A stretch of DNA of 64,000 nt, taken from the NCBI GenBank assembly GCA_964016885.1, contig OZ024740.1, positions 314,712,001-314,776,000 on the forward strand, given 5' to 3'. The position numbers were made by a program, and so were the translations under genes. The stretch is from Eledone cirrhosa. Lineage: Eukaryota. How positions within the stretch are numbered: the first letter of the stretch is position 1; each line of letters starts with the position of its first letter. Shown here piece by piece: positions 1 to 13,176 of the stretch. A model generated the notes under the pieces. That model was not told the origin of the DNA. It did no database searches and worked only from the letters and a program-made list of their open reading frames with translations.

Positions 1-29
1 GTTTTAAAAAAGTTCTTGGATATTATTTA

Positions 30-290
30 ATGTCTTTTTCTTCTCCTTCTTGGGAGTGTCGCTGGGAACAGAGTCCTCAAATACTTCTAGCAGGTCCTTG
101 TAAGAAGCTACTGTCTCCAATTAATCCAGCTGGATCCCCAAGTGAGACCAGTTGAGCTCATGGATGTTTTCCAGCCCCTGGGTCTCCTGCTGGTTGGTTT
201 TATCCATAAAACGTGATAAATATTGCCTGTACAGGTAATCAAAGTATGTATACATTTTTGGGGGACAGCCTGTATATTGATAGATGTCAT
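30..290 (-). mobile_element. RTE LINE 3' fragment (degraded)
   Basis: Reverse complement matches the RTE 3' ends at 18490-19105 and 49260-49830 (GGA.AACATCCATGAGCT...GGGGATCCAGC.GGATTA.TTGGAGAC). Confidence 0.7.
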
Positions 291-958
291 CATATAGGGG
301 TTGTTTTGTTGGAGATAACAGCTGAATAATTGATTTGATCTTAGCCAAGTTTATGTTTAAGTGAGAATTGACATATTAGCTAGGAGAAAATGTTTATGAT
401 TATAAAAACATTATTTGGATAGGATGGTTGCAATAATATAAAAAAGTTATTTGGTGAATGATAATATGAAAGTGCTTTATCACTTATAAGTTTGTGATAT
501 ATAAATATCATCACCATTTAATGCCTGCTTTCCCTGATAGCAAGGGTTTTATGGATCTACATAGACCAAGCGACTATTAAAGCGGGGTCTTTGATGTTCC
601 AGACAGACTGAGGAAGTTTGTATCTGGCTTACATACAGTCATTATTGAGTGCAGAGGAGAGGTTATGTCTTTTGACACAAACTGAAGGATCCTCCTAACC
701 CCTCGTTTGGCAAGGTTAAATAATAAATAATAAATAAATACACAAGTACAATAACAACAAACACATACAGACACACACTAGTGAACAAAGATAGAATACA
801 AAAACAAAAACACATGCATTCAAACACGAACACACACCAAACATTAAACACATGCAAACGCATGCGCAAACAGAGACAGACAAGAATAAATAAATAAATA
901 AATTAATTAAATAAAAATGGCGTAGACTTTACAATACAATGGGAGGAAACATAATAGT

Positions 959-1000
959 ACCACTGATGATGTCGCAGATGTGTGACTAAAGAACTTTGAT
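959..1000 (+). ncRNA. Degenerate minimal hammerhead ribozyme (same family as 27296-27338)
   Basis: CTGATGA-T-GTCGCA-GATG-TGTGAC-TAAA-GAACTT-TGA. G12 is mutated to T; otherwise collinear with the intact motif at 27296. Confidence 0.55.
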
Positions 1001-1197
1001 AGATTATATATATATATTTATATCTATTTTTAACCGTTGGTCAATCGATGATAAACATTGATTGCCAAATAAATTAACTATGGAGATATAAAAGATACAG
1101 AAGTGTAAACCAACCCAAACCAAACAGTGAGTTGTTATTTCTGGCAATATTATAACAATATGACCCTCCCCAAATATAACAATATATATATATATAA

Positions 1198-1830
1198 ATT
1201 AACTTGTCTAAGACTAAAGTTTGAATATGTAGGAAGGAGAATAGGGCACTGGTCCCATCTGGGAAATGGCCATGCTCAGTGTGTAGGAAAGGAGTAGGCA
1301 GAAACTCCATTTTATGTCCCAAATGCAAAGTATGGGTGCATAAAAGATGTAGTGGGATCACAAGTAAGCTAACTAAGAATATAGATTTTATATGTGGCCG
1401 GTGCTCTGGTGCAATAAGTAGCAGCAAATGCCCACAGAATACTAGCTCATTCCATTGCCCAGATGGTTCTATAGAAATAGTGGACACCTTCCGTTACCTG
1501 GGTGACAAAATCAGCAGTGGTGGAGGGTGCTCCGAAAGTACTGTAGCTAGAGTCAGAACGGGATGGAAAAAGTTCAGAGAGCTTATACCACTATTGGGTT
1601 TCTCTCTAAAAATGAAGGGCAGGCTGTATGATGCCTGCATACGAACAGCGATGTTACATGGCAGTGAGACATGGGCCTTGTGTGCAGAGGATCTACGCAG
1701 ACTGGAGAGGAACGAAGCTTGCATGCTCCGTTGGATGTGTAATAGTAATATACGTGAACGGCAAAGCATAAATGAACTAAGTGAGAAATTAGGAATAAGA
1801 GGGATCAGATGCTGTTTACTCGAGAGAAGT
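1198..1830 (+). pseudogene. RTE/RTEX-like LINE reverse transcriptase C-terminal fragment with an inserted PHD finger
   Basis: INLSKTKV ... CSVC-CPKC-HKRC-CGRC (C4HC3) ... VDTFRYLGDKI ... ARVRTGWKKF ... LHGSETW. The flanking motifs are typical RTE-group RT 6/7 and thumb motifs. There is an in-frame stop near 1222. Confidence 0.85.
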
Positions 1831-2289
1831 TATTCTTAACTCTGAAGCGGAGATCCATTCGGTTTCCTAGTTAGAATTTTAATCTACGACTTCAGTTATA
1901 CCATTTACGTGGTTTTGTCTTTGCGTGCAATTCTTCTCTCCACTTCATATATGATGTATTATCTTCGTTTTTTCCGTTCATTGCCAGAGAACGTCTCTAT
2001 GAACCACCTTAGAGAATATTAGTCTACGACTTCTTTTATACCATAAACGTGGTTCTGTCTTTGCGTGTAATTGTTTTTCACCGCTCCAAATAATGACGTA
2101 TTATATTCGTTTTTTCCCGTTCTTTGCCAGCGAACGTTTCCACGAACCAAAGTATCGTCTTCCTGTCTTCCTCCGGTTGCAACGTTTTTTGAAATATTCA
2201 CTTCTGCGTTTACAGATTGACTTTGTTAGTTTCAGAAACTCCCGTTAAGGGTGAAAGCAGCGATTCTTTGCTTAAACTTTAATCTGTTA

Positions 2290-2296
<7 letters not shown>
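1831..2296 (+). mobile_element. Solo copy of the Penelope/Naiad pseudo-LTR
   Basis: Diverged collinear copy of 24770-25362, ending in (TA)n. Carries a decayed HHR core (CAGAAAC) at ~2228-2278. Confidence 0.85.
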
Positions 2297-2359
<63 letters not shown>

Positions 2360-2511
2360 CTTAAACTTTAATCTGTTATTTTAATATATATATATATACA
2401 TATATATACACATATCTATATATATACATATATATACATGTTATTATAAAGTGAGGTTTTTTTTACAAAATGAAAAATAACCGAGGTGTCCTACACGAGT
2501 GAAAGTATAAA

Positions 2512-2776
2512 GAAAAAGAGATGAAATCGAAAATGCAACTGGAGTCTTATTTAAAAAAAAAATATATATATTTATTTGGTTCCTTTACCGGTTTCGCAGT
2601 TCTTCTGCTTTTCAAAAGGTGAGTTGAGATGGAGGGTCTGTGGTTTTTAGACCCTCCATCTCAACTCACCTTTTGAAAAGCAGAAGAACTGCGAAACCGG
2701 TAAAGGAACCAAATAAATATATATATTTAAAAAAAAAATAAGACTCCAGTTGCATTTTCGATTTCATCTCTTTTTC
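2512..2776. repeat. Fold-back palindrome (~128-bp arms), PLE-type, family A
   Basis: Arms 2512-2639 and 2649-2776 are reverse complements with a ~9-nt spacer. Lies between (TA)n tracts. Confidence 0.9.
2669..2706 (+). ncRNA. Minimal type I hammerhead ribozyme with U3:A8 core (mirror copy 2582-2619 on -)
   Basis: CCTT-TTGAAAA-GCAG(AAGAA)CTGC-GAAA-CCGG-TA-AAGG. Perfect stems I and II, palindromic stem III, GUA cleavage triplet. Confidence 0.8.
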
Positions 2777-2787
2777 ATTATATATAC

Positions 2788-2861
<74 letters not shown>

Positions 2862-2902
2862 TATATATACATACATATATATATATACATATATATATAC
2901 AT

Positions 2903-2977
<75 letters not shown>

Positions 2978-2984
2978 CATATAC

Positions 2985-3032
<48 letters not shown>

Positions 3033-3145
3033 TTAGTTCCACAACAAATGAAGAAACCATACTTGAGGATGTTTGTTTCACCTAGCGGATTTTCAACCCA
3101 TGCATGGCTGTGCTGCGTATATATATATCATCCGAATCATTTAAA

Positions 3146-3195
3146 CCGACCTGATGATCCAAATAAGGTGAAACAATTCTTCTTGGTAATGGTGA
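3146..3195 (+). ncRNA. Degenerate hammerhead-like motif
   Basis: CTGATGA-TCC(AAATAA)GGT-GAAA-CAATTCTTCTTG-GTA. Stems I and III are imperfect. Confidence 0.4.
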
Positions 3196-3281
3196 ATTAA
3201 CTATTGTGGAACTACTTCTACTAAACTTGTCCCATGGACTGAGTGCTCTACTACTACGGATATAACCCACCAGTGTTCTAC

Positions 3282-3316
<35 letters not shown>

Positions 3317-3517
3317 TGTAATATACAACATAAGATAATTATTTCATTTACCAGTGGTTTCTTGAAAGCAAACAAATTTGCTTTCAGTCATCAGAATGAA
3401 AAAATCCTGGTGTTTTTATTAAATGTGGATTTGAAAAACAAAAATATAATAAATATGAAAGTGAGGCTGGAGGAAGAAGAAAAGGAGAAAAAGAATAATA
3501 AATATATAAGTATATAA

Positions 3518-3558
<41 letters not shown>

Positions 3559-3612
3559 AACATACACATACACATGAATACACAAACACACACACACATA
3601 TATATATATATA

Positions 3613-3805
3613 GTTTTAATATAGATGAGATTCTACAGTACTAGAACTGTTTCATTCTTTAGAAATCATCAGGTGATGATTTCTAAAGAATGAAACAGTT
3701 CTAGTCCTGTAGAATCTCATCTATATTAAAACGTTTATACTCTGCTATGTATTGAGTACCTTACTTACTGTGGTGACCTCCGATTCAACCCGGAATAACG
3801 AACCT
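3613..3805. mobile_element. Fold-back PLE-terminus element, family C (other copies 47575-47680 and 58848-58990)
   Basis: Palindrome 3613-3732 centred in the HHR core (GAAATCATCAGG/TGATGATTTC), plus a ~70-nt unpaired tail. (TA)n on both sides. Confidence 0.8.
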
Positions 3806-4697
3806 ATATATATATATATATATATATACACACCCACATACATTCACATATATACTCACATACATACGCACACACACACACATATATATAATAGTATAGT
3901 AATGAGTATAAACGAAGTTGCAGCTGCATGTAGCAGATTCGCATCCGATTGATTTTCAAAGACTGCCACGAAGCACTTGATGATAAAGTAATTAACAATT
4001 TCTCCTCAGAGTGAACACAAGAAGTTAGGTAATAGTGACACAATGGATAATCTGACCAAGGGTATGATACCACATTAATACTAGAACAACGAAACACACA
4101 GACAGGTTGAAGACGAACCTGGACCTGATCGATAGATATTAATCGATAAATATCTTCGATAGGTTTCTGGGAAATCTGGAATTTACACTCCAAGTTGCGT
4201 AATGTATATGTAAGTCAGTAATGTACCCTAAGATGAAACGGGGATTTCCCTTCGTCAACAGGTCTTTCGTTCCAAGTATTCACTTTTATCAGGTCCTGAG
4301 ACAACGCAGCCATTTGACTGTAATAGTAAATTTAGCAGTGAGGTCACGTGTCCTTTCTCAAATAGAGGAAGTTCACTTCCTGAGTTTTGGCCGGTACATT
4401 CAAAAGTGTGAACAACGGATTTATTCATAGTCTCGAAGTAAGCTCTCAGAGAGAAAAAGTTCTACAACAAATTACCAAATTATAATAAAGAATACTGTTT
4501 CACCCGAGAGGAATTTTCAACTCGCGTATGTTTATCATTTTATAATTGGTTTAGAGAGCAAAATTATCGATGTGCAGATCAATCTGTGGCAATTATACAA
4601 CACCATACCATTAGCCTCGAAAAATCATGTCCATTATGCAGTCCATCCTCAGTACATAGATATTCAAACAGCTACAGTGTGTGTGTGTGTGTGTGTG

Positions 4698-5172
4698 TCA
4701 AGGACACGACACCCTCCCTTTTGTTTGATGATCTATACGATAAACGCACCCAGTACACAGTAAAGTGGTTAGTGATAGGAAGGGCATCTTGTAGAAAGCT
4801 TGTCAGACAAAGGGTTGGGAAGACCCTTCGGCCGTGTCAAGGACATGACAGCCGCCCTAGTGTTTGGTGATCTACACGATAAATGTACCCGGTACACACT
4901 GTAAAATGGTTGGTGATAGGAAGGGCATCCAGCTGTAGAATTCTTACGAAACACAAGGGTCGGGAGGACTCTTAGTTGTGTGAAAGACATGACAACCTCT
5001 CCTGTGCATTCAGTGGAGCGTCGACTGGACATAAAGCAAGACACATATCCCTGGCCTGTCTGGGAGATCAGTGGCTCCGCTTCAGTACTGACTTGGTCTA
5101 TGTAGACCCGTCGAAACCTTGGTAGCAGGGAAAACGTATTAAAACGACGACGACGGTAGTGATGATGGTGGT
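4698..5172 (+). mobile_element. SINE body/tail with internal duplication and RTE-type 3' end
   Basis: Two copies of GGTT.GTGATAGGAAGGGCATC..G(C)TGTAGAA. Ends in TTAAAACGACGACGAC...GATGATG. Confidence 0.55.
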
Positions 5173-5206
5173 ACACATCTCTCTCTCTCTCTCATATATA
5201 TATATA

Positions 5207-5237
5207 TTTGGATTTTAGTCTTCAAATTTATTATTAT

Positions 5238-5299
<62 letters not shown>

Positions 5300-5415
5300 A
5301 GTAATAATAATAAATTTGAAGATTAAAATCCAAAGAGAGCTCGATAAGGATAAATATATATCAAATATATAAGAACCGTAGAGCAAATATTTATTAATCT
5401 GTTATTTTAATAAAT
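5207..5415. mobile_element. Penelope/Naiad 3' extension fragments arranged as an inverted repeat around (TA)n
   Basis: Matches 21978-22085. 5207-5240 is the reverse complement of ~5299-5334 across the TA tract. Confidence 0.75.
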
Positions 5416-5425
5416 ATATATATAT

Positions 5426-5829
5426 ATGGTGGCTGCCAACTCGTTTTCGAGTACGGCCACTACTTTATATCCATGTAGGAGAACCCCTACCGATGCGCTG
5501 AACGAGTGTGACTTTTTAGTCCAGCCTGCGACATGAAAACTCTGGTACAAACACTACACTTGTAACAATTATTGACACATAGTGCTGGGCCCATGGTACC
5601 ATGTGACGACAAGTGCAGAGAGATCTCCAGATATAAAGCAATGCCTGTGCCGTGAAGCTTTTATAGTGAGCAAAGGCACTACACAAAACCAGTCCCACTC
5701 TCTTAACCAAGATGATATTTACCAAAAAGAAGAACAAGTCAACATCATTGGATACCATCAGGGTTGTAGGTGTTATATCAGAGTTTTCCTTCTCCTAGAA
5801 TTCTGCCTTGACAAAGGCTAAGAGGTCAT
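5426..5829 (-). mobile_element. 5'-truncated copy of the ~600-bp bipartite RTE derivative
   Basis: Near-identical to the 3' ~400 bp of the copies at 38246-38855 and 40351-42452. Confidence 0.9.
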
Positions 5830-5847
5830 ATATATATATATATATAA

Positions 5848-6040
5848 CGAAGGAAGTGTGGTAAGGAACCAGATGGACCATAACGCACCAGAGTACTCAA
5901 TACTTAGAGCAGTAGAGTGGATAATAGGAAAATGTTTAACCCCGACAGCAGAGGTCAAGCCGTTTCGACGGCTATTTCAGTCCAGAAATAGCCATCGAAA
6001 CGGCTTGAACTCTGCCGTCGGGGTTAAACATTTTCCTATA
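5848..6040. mobile_element. Fold-back PLE-terminus element, family B
   Basis: Palindrome centred at ~5982 with GAAA-CGGC...GCCG-TC-GGGGT (HHR 3' half) on both arms and a tail on the left. Flanked by (TA)n. Confidence 0.85.
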
Positions 6041-7289
6041 TACATATATATATATATATACGAATGGCTTCAAAAAGTTCGTGGAAAAAGGACAGTTGGA
6101 AAAAACAGAGAAAAGTTCACATTTTTATCTGTCGTCTTCTGTCTTTCTCTCTTGGTGTTGACCATAGCTGTGTATGATTACGTATGCGATGGACTGGTGT
6201 CTCAGTGCTCAGGGGGTAGTCTTGTTCTCCCAGTTGCTTCACGCTACGGAAACCAAGATAAGCATTGACTTGATGAGCATCTGGATTCGAGACAGACTTT
6301 TTAGACTTTTAGACTTATTTCCCTAAATTATTATAACAGTACTATTTATCTAAACTATAATAAAGAAAGGAGTGCGGGATTGCGTCCAGAATATATATTT
6401 TTACCCCGTTAGTAAAATAAGTTGGATTACTTTGAATAAATAATGAATGAATATTACATAATTTATGTGCAAAATTTCGTGGCTGTTGATTTAATATATT
6501 TTATAGCTTATTTAAAGACCTTTAAAATTCATTTCTTTAACATTTCCAAATGTCAACACTTCCGGTTAGTGGCCGTTATATTATAACACTTATAAAAATA
6601 TCACATATATTTCCGTCGCTAATTTTCTCCTCATGCAGTTTATATATAATATCGTCTTTTTTAAATGTATCATGGATTACTTTACTGATTACAGAAGACA
6701 GTGTAACATAGACTTCGTTCAATTACGATTTTATTTGATGTATCATATCTACATGTATATATATTTCTGTATAATATAAATATACACACTACACATGCTA
6801 GGGTGGTTTTTCTGCTAGTTGGTTTAATGTCTTTTCCTCACTGTATTAAATATGTAAACATTAACTTAACCCCTTATTTGAGATCCGAAACATTAAAACA
6901 CTTAATTCTTTATTGGTATTGAATTTGTTTTCAGCTTGAGAGATTAAAACCTATCAAATTAAAATTTATATAATTTTACGATATCAAATATGGTTTCTTG
7001 TCTTGGAAACCATTCCTTTATTTCAAATTGATATTCCCTTGCTTATCACGTTTGTAATGAACACCGGAAAACATTTTTGATGAAGATAAAGACATTTACA
7101 TGATAAATTCTCTCTCTCTCGCTCTCTCTTTCTCTCTCTCTCTCTGGAGGAAACATGATAAAAACGAAAAACTAACCAAGGAACTAACATAAAAAATGGA
7201 AATTTAATGAAAAAGTAACATTTTCCATTTCAAAACTAGAAGAACATAAGGAGGACTGTTTAATTAATTAAAATTTGGATCACAACACA

Positions 7290-7620
7290 TCATAATTTGC
7301 AGTGACTTTCTCCAGCGGCAACCTAGTGCAGTCTGCGACTAATTCAGGCTCTGCTGCACTTCGGGCCGAGGAGAGTAAACTCTCCAAATATCGGTCGCTC
7401 TCCGACAGGTTTGCGGTTGAGCCCGTAGCAGTGGAGACTTCTGGTGTCCTTAGCCCTAGGACCACCTCCCTACTCATCGCCATCGGCTTAGAGTTGGCTA
7501 CCCGCAGGTGTGAGCCTCGTGAGCTGGAATGACCCTTCCAGCGTGTCTCCCTCGCCATCCTCCGGGGGGAAACGCCTTCTCTACTCTGTCCACCGGGACC
7601 ACGGGGTGGCCGGTGTGCGG
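7290..7620 (+). mobile_element. CRE-clade non-LTR retrotransposon 3' fragment (restriction-like endonuclease)
   Basis: AALRAEESKLSKYRSL...EPVAVETSGVL...EPRELE*..QRVSLAILRG, a CRE-type C-terminus. Confidence 0.7.
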
Positions 7621-8343
7621 GCTTCCATTTGCTTATAATAGTGAGAGATAAGGGGAGAGAGAGTGAGAGACGGAGGCAGTGAGTGAATGAGAGAGAACAT
7701 TTTTCAATTCGAACATTTAAGAGTAAATTTTATGCTATAAAGAAGAGAAGTCTAAGATTTCGAGTTAATTTAAACTAACCTTTATTAAAAAAAATCCCCC
7801 CAAACCCCACTTTTAAAATTATTTTGATGTCATCGTATTAAAAAAAAAAAAAAAAAAAAAACTTGATTATATTGTATTCTTAATCGTAATGTAAGTTCTG
7901 TTTTAAAACACCAATTTTATGTGACTAGTATATATTTTTCCATTAAATAATTACAGTATATCCATTCGAATCGTGCGTTTACCTCTTATATATCAATGGT
8001 TTGGTAAAAGTGCAATAAAACTGGAACCAGGAATAAGAAAGAATGTAAAAAATAAAAACTAACTTGGTTTTCCTGAATTTACAGAAACGAATAAGTAAAT
8101 GCCTCAAAATCTGTACCTCCCCTACTTTATATTTTTCTTTTCTTTCTATTATTTCATTTTTCCAAAACTGTCTTTGGAGTTTTATCTTTTAAAAATCGGA
8201 GATTCCGATTGTGCCACAAAGAAAAAAATAATTGTTACTCAATCTCCCTTTTTTACTGATAAATATATAATGTTTTATTTTGAGAAAATTTATATACAAG
8301 AAGCTCTTTATCATATTTCTGAACTAAATTCCGAATTCAATTA

Positions 8344-8511
8344 CCGCATTTCCCGGTGTCGAAGACGCTACTTTTTCCCTAAAGTAAGTCTCAAACATCT
8401 ACCATGCGCCCTGGAGGCAGAAGGTTGTTTATTATTGTTTTTCAAATTTTGGGTTGTCAAAATTAGGGTGCGTCCTCGAGGACGAAGCATCTTCGGCGCC
8501 GGGAAATACGG
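8344..8511. mobile_element. Tc1/mariner-pogo-type MITE
   Basis: Imperfect TIRs CCGCATTTCCCGGTGTCGAAGACGC / GCATCTTCGGCGCCGGGAAATACGG with TA on each side. Confidence 0.75.
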
Positions 8512-9609
8512 TAGTTTTAACTGTTATACACGGTTTCCTCAATTTAAAGCTCTTATTTGTTAGTTTTTTTACACTCCCCATTATTTCTGGTTCTAATTTT
8601 AATTATACGTCTTCCCTCTTCTTTTTACCCACAACTCTACATATAAGGTATATTTTGTACTCAAGTAAGGTTTTCAAATGATAATCTCTTTGTATGTTAT
8701 ATATTGTTGCTTGCGCGCCTAACTATTAGTACTGTTAGTCAGGAATACAGCAAATGTTTTGGCAGTTTCCTACTAGCCAACTGTGAGTCCTTGTAAAAAC
8801 ATTGTTATCATTTGGTAGTTTACTTTTAATATGATATTATTTAACTGCAAGAGTGTACTCACAATTTGATTGTATTGTAACGTAGGTCCTTTGAACCACA
8901 TTACAACAAAACATTGCTTATCGGTTGGGGAATGCAACTCAATTTACTCTCTAATCATAGCTGTTATGTAAAATGTGATATGTTAAGATAAGCAAGTGGC
9001 AGCAACTAAACATTAGAACTCTGTTGTTTCAGTCTGTATGGGGTTTACTACTTGCTCAGCGACACTCTCCAGGTTATCTGTTCCCAGTTATTATATTATT
9101 TGTCAAGGCAAAGGTGATGCAATATTTTTCATGTATACAACTGTGGCAGGGTTGTGTCAAGTTCCGTGGCTATCAAGCTCCAAGCCTGTCTATAGAGATT
9201 ATCTATGAGCAAAAGCATTCCATTCATAATCACCTCATCTTTTTTTATATATTTAGCACTACATGGTTCAATGTTCCCTTCCCTTTTTTAAGAAGGCAGG
9301 AGAGGGGAATTTGGCTAGTATTTCTAACAGATTGCACGGCTACGTAGAGGCACCACCGTTTGGTTGTTTAACAAGCACTGTAGAAACTTTTGGCGAGCTA
9401 AATTTACGACCTTATTTTGATTTTTGTTTTAATTATTTCATTTAAGCCACGAGTTCCTTTGAAAAGAAGTATCAGCCTTCTCTTCTTCAATGTCATTTTC
9501 TTCGCCAATGAAATCATCATCATACCACCACCACCACCATCCTCCTTCTCCTCCTCATCATCATCTAAAACAGAGATGCAATACACACACACACACACAT
9601 ACATACATA

Positions 9610-10822
9610 CAGGGTGCGTAAGGTATTTGAGGAGGACAGATTTATGTTTATAAAAAAACATATATATAGTAACAAATAATAACTTAATTATTGAAACATT
9701 CCTATAAGCATAAAAATAAATCATCTTTTTTATAATTTTATTCAATAAAGCCACATTCAGCTTCAATAACTGCTTCTATGCGAGATCGAAATCATCTACA
9801 GGCTCGAATTAAATGGTCCTGGTTCATATTGGACATTACTCTGACTATGGTGGCTTTCAGAGAATCTTTGGCGGTATGGGGGTGTTCAGTGACCTCTTGC
9901 TCAATAATGCTCCACAGGTAGTAGTCTAATTGATTGAGATCTGGGGAGTTAGGAGGCAAAATGTTAGGGGTAACGTGATCATGCAAATTTCAGTCATCCA
10001 TTCCTGCATTACTTGAGTCTTGTGTGATGGTGCAATGTCTTGCTGAAGCACATTAGACCTTCCATTACATACACTGTCTATCCATGGCTTAACAACTGTT
10101 TCCAGGACCTCAATGTAGGCAGCCGAGTTAACTCTAAGGACTTGTGGAAAGAAGTGAGGAGGCATCACATGTCCTCCATTGCTGACAAATCCCAAAACCA
10201 TGACAGTTGCAGGACATTTTGTGTGTATAACTGAAAGATCTACACATAACCATCTATCATTTCTTTTGTTAAATTTCTGATCTTGGTCAAAGTTTTTCTC
10301 GTCTGTTAAAAGCCAAATCACACAATATTCTGCTGGATTTTTAAGTTTAAAAGCCTTTTAGATCTCATAAAACAATTTTCTTTTGTTTTTTTTCTGACAT
10401 AAGTTGACCTTTCCTCACCACATAAGACTTATATCTGATGTCATTGTGGACAATATTTCTGCTTGTTCCTTCTGGCACATAAATCTTTTACAAGTGACCT
10501 CATGGATTTTTTGGTATTGTCATCAATGGTCTGCTGAATTTGCTGGATAAATTCAGGTGTTCTGATGATGTCAGAGCGTTAAGAATGCTATTCCCGGTGT
10601 GATACTGCTACGTTTCCATGTCCAGTCTCTAAATCCTTACGAACTTTGTATACAAAAGATCTGGCGACTTAAAAAAATTGAGATGTCTCTAAATCGCTTT
10701 GCTCAGCCTTTAAAGCCACAATTACAGCATGCTTTTTCATTTCTCGAGTAAGCTGATATAAAGTTTAGTAAAATGCAGCAATAACCAAAAAAGGTATGTT
10801 CTCAAATACCTTACGCACCCTG
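9610..10822 (-). mobile_element. Full-length decayed Tc1/mariner transposon, DD37D (maT) family
   Basis: 22-bp perfect TIRs CAGGGTGCGTAAGGTATTTGAG with a TA duplication. Frameshifted transposase TDEK...QQDIAPSH...PPNSPDLNQLDYY, with 37 residues between the 2nd and 3rd D when the frames are joined. Confidence 0.9.
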
Positions 10823-10954
10823 TATATGTATCCGCTCTGTAATGCAACGTGCAGCCAGGAAATTGCACACTTGTTATCTTATTGTGGGTGTGAGGCTGGT
10901 GGTCATTAAAATAAATTCGGTGACTTCCGTAATCTCTCTCTCCCTCTCTCTCTT

Positions 10955-11039
<85 letters not shown>

Positions 11040-11195
11040 CCTGCATATGCACCGAGTGCTCATATTGTTACCATCACCAGATATTCACTGAATCATATAC
11101 ACTATATATATATATATATGCGTTCTTGTCTGATGACCCTGTGATAAACCGAAGAAACTCCAGATTAGTATGACTCACCATTTAGCATTAATAAA

Positions 11196-11240
<45 letters not shown>

Positions 11241-11244
<4 letters not shown>

Positions 11245-11420
11245 AACAAGTAAGACCCCGACGGCTGAGCTCAAGCCGTTTCGACGGCTAATTAGCCGTC
11301 GAAACGGCTTGAGCTCAGCCGTCGGGGTCTTACTTGTTCCTATTACCCACTCTACTACCCTAAGTATTGAGTACTTTGGTGCGTTATGGTCCACCTGGTT
11401 CCTTACCACATTTCCTTCGT
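11241..11420. mobile_element. Fold-back PLE-terminus element, family B
   Basis: Perfect ~100-bp palindrome centred on GGCTAATTAGCC plus a tail. (TA)n on both sides. Confidence 0.85.
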
Positions 11421-11480
<60 letters not shown>

Positions 11481-11584
11481 AAAATATGTATCTGCTTGAT
11501 GTGTGAAAACCTCTTCCACCAAGCAGTCTCCAATCACCAAATCTTTTCTCTCTTGAACATACCCCCTCTCTCGCCGCCGCCGCC

Positions 11585-11890
11585 TTGATGAAAGGCAGAG
11601 TTAACTTCGTTGCGACTTGGAATCAGAACATAAAGGGCCGTAACTCTATGCCTCGAATCAGGGTGTCCGACGCTCTACCAATACTGCCAAATAATAATAA
11701 TTGTTTCTACTTTTGGCACAAGGCCAGCAATTATCCAGTGCATTACTGGTACTTTATTTTATTGACCCCGTAAGGATGAAAGGCGAAGCTAACCTTGGTG
11801 GGATTTGAACTCAGAACATAAAGGGACGTAACTATGCTGGAAAGCATGGCGTCCGACCCTCTACCGATACTGCCAATTCACCGCCCTTCG
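11585..11890 (-). mobile_element. Two adjacent tRNA-derived SINE copies (type A)
   Basis: Reverse complement of 17167-17570: B box GTTCAAATC, GCCTTTCATCCTTACGGGGTC domain, (ATT)n tail. Confidence 0.8.
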
Positions 11891-12269
11891 ATATTGCCAA
11901 TTCACTGCCAAATAATAATAATAGAACGAAATTGTATAAATTGTTTAACTGTTTCCATTTCTAAATGTCTACTTTCAACTAGTGTCAATTGGTTTACAAA
12001 TCCTTGGAGTGTCGTTAATACTAGAAACTTCTACGCTGATACTAGAAACTTCAACGAATATTTGGTTACATATTTATCTAAAAGAACAAATTTGTGGGGG
12101 ATAATTGAAGAAGAAAACTACGTATATTTATGTAACATTTTAGTAAATAGCACACCAATTGTATCCAGAAAATGAACTAAGCTTTCTCAGATGAAAATCA
12201 GTACCATATATATTATAAAATGTTTCAGATCATATTTTTCTTTTTGTTCTCAGTCTTGTAACTTCTGAG

Positions 12270-12560
12270 TGAGTCGTAGGGGCACCATATTGACATACGG
12301 CGTTTCTATGGCATTCTTAAACCTGGTGGAGCCCATCTTCTCAGATTTCTTCCAGCGAAGGATAGAGAGAGTAAGAAAATGGAATTGAGAAAGAGAATAG
12401 AGGAAGAATCGACTCCAGTACTTTTTAAATCGACCTCGAATTGTACAAAGGCAAAGTTGATCTCAACGGGATTTGAACCCAGAGAGCAGAGAGTCGAAAC
12501 GAATACTGCAAATTTTTCTGTCCCACTTTCTAACAACCCTGCTTATTCGCCACCTTTCAG
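12270..12560 (-). mobile_element. SINE type A variant with a different 3' tail (also ~28055-28360 and ~36700-37100)
   Basis: Shared segment GAGTCGTAG.GGCACC.TATTGACATACGGCGTTTCTA.GGCATT followed by the type A domain and tRNA head. Confidence 0.6.
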
Positions 12561-12637
12561 ATCATATTAGATTTTCTTATAAATCAAATGAATATCTTAA
12601 ATATTTCTGTGTATAACGAGAGGTTGTTATAAAATGT

Positions 12638-12957
12638 GAAGGCACGTGGCTTTGTGGTTAGGGGCATTCGGCTTACAATCGTAAGTTTGTGAGTTCGATT
12701 CCCGGCGGTGCGTCGTGTCCTTGAGCAAGACTCTTTATTTCACGTTGCTCTAGTCCACTCAACTGGTAAAAATGAGTTGCATCTGTAATTCGAATGGCCA
12801 GCCTTATTACATTCTGTTTCACGCTGAATCTCCCTGAGAACTACGTTAAGTGTATGTGTGTTTGTGGAATGTTCAGCCGCTTGCACGTTAATTTCATGAG
12901 CAGGCTGTTCCATTGATCGTATCAACTGGAACACTCATCGTCGTAACCGACGGAGTG
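12638..12957 (+). mobile_element. tRNA-derived CORE-type SINE (also 16250-16480 on -, 25503-25625 on +)
   Basis: A box TGGCTTTGTGG, B box GTTCGATTC, CORE-like GTGTCCTTGAGCAAGAC...TTTCAC. Confidence 0.75.
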
Positions 12958-12967
12958 TCTCAATAAT

Positions 12968-13176
12968 AATGTTTTCTGATTTAGGCACAAGATCAGCAAT
13001 TTTGGGGGAGTGGGAAGTCTATTAAATTGACCCCAGTGCGTGACTGGTATTTTTATTTTATTGACGCCGTAAGGATGAAAAGCAAAGCTAACATCGGTGG
13101 GATTTGAACTCACAACGTAAAGGACCGTAACTCAATGCCTCAAAGCCTGTCGCCCTACTGCCAATCCACCGCGCTT
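12968..13176 (-). mobile_element. SINE type A with 14-bp target-site duplication
   Basis: AGTGTCTCAATAAT at 12954-12967 and 13177-13190. Confidence 0.85.

Noticed and set aside
4140-4290. Minus-strand peptide DLLTKGNPRFILGYITDLHIHY resembling a calponin-homology helix (possible host exon)
   Set aside because: It is short, bounded by stops, and lacks convincing splice sites or partner exons. It may be chance; BLASTX would settle it.
11125-11175. CTGATGA...GAAA-CT..AG-TA hammerhead-like motif (also a truncated CTGATGA at ~44126)
   Set aside because: Stems I and II do not pair convincingly, so it was left out of the features.
12638-12715. tRNA genes
   Set aside because: The A/B boxes belong to SINE heads, and no complete cloverleaf is supported.
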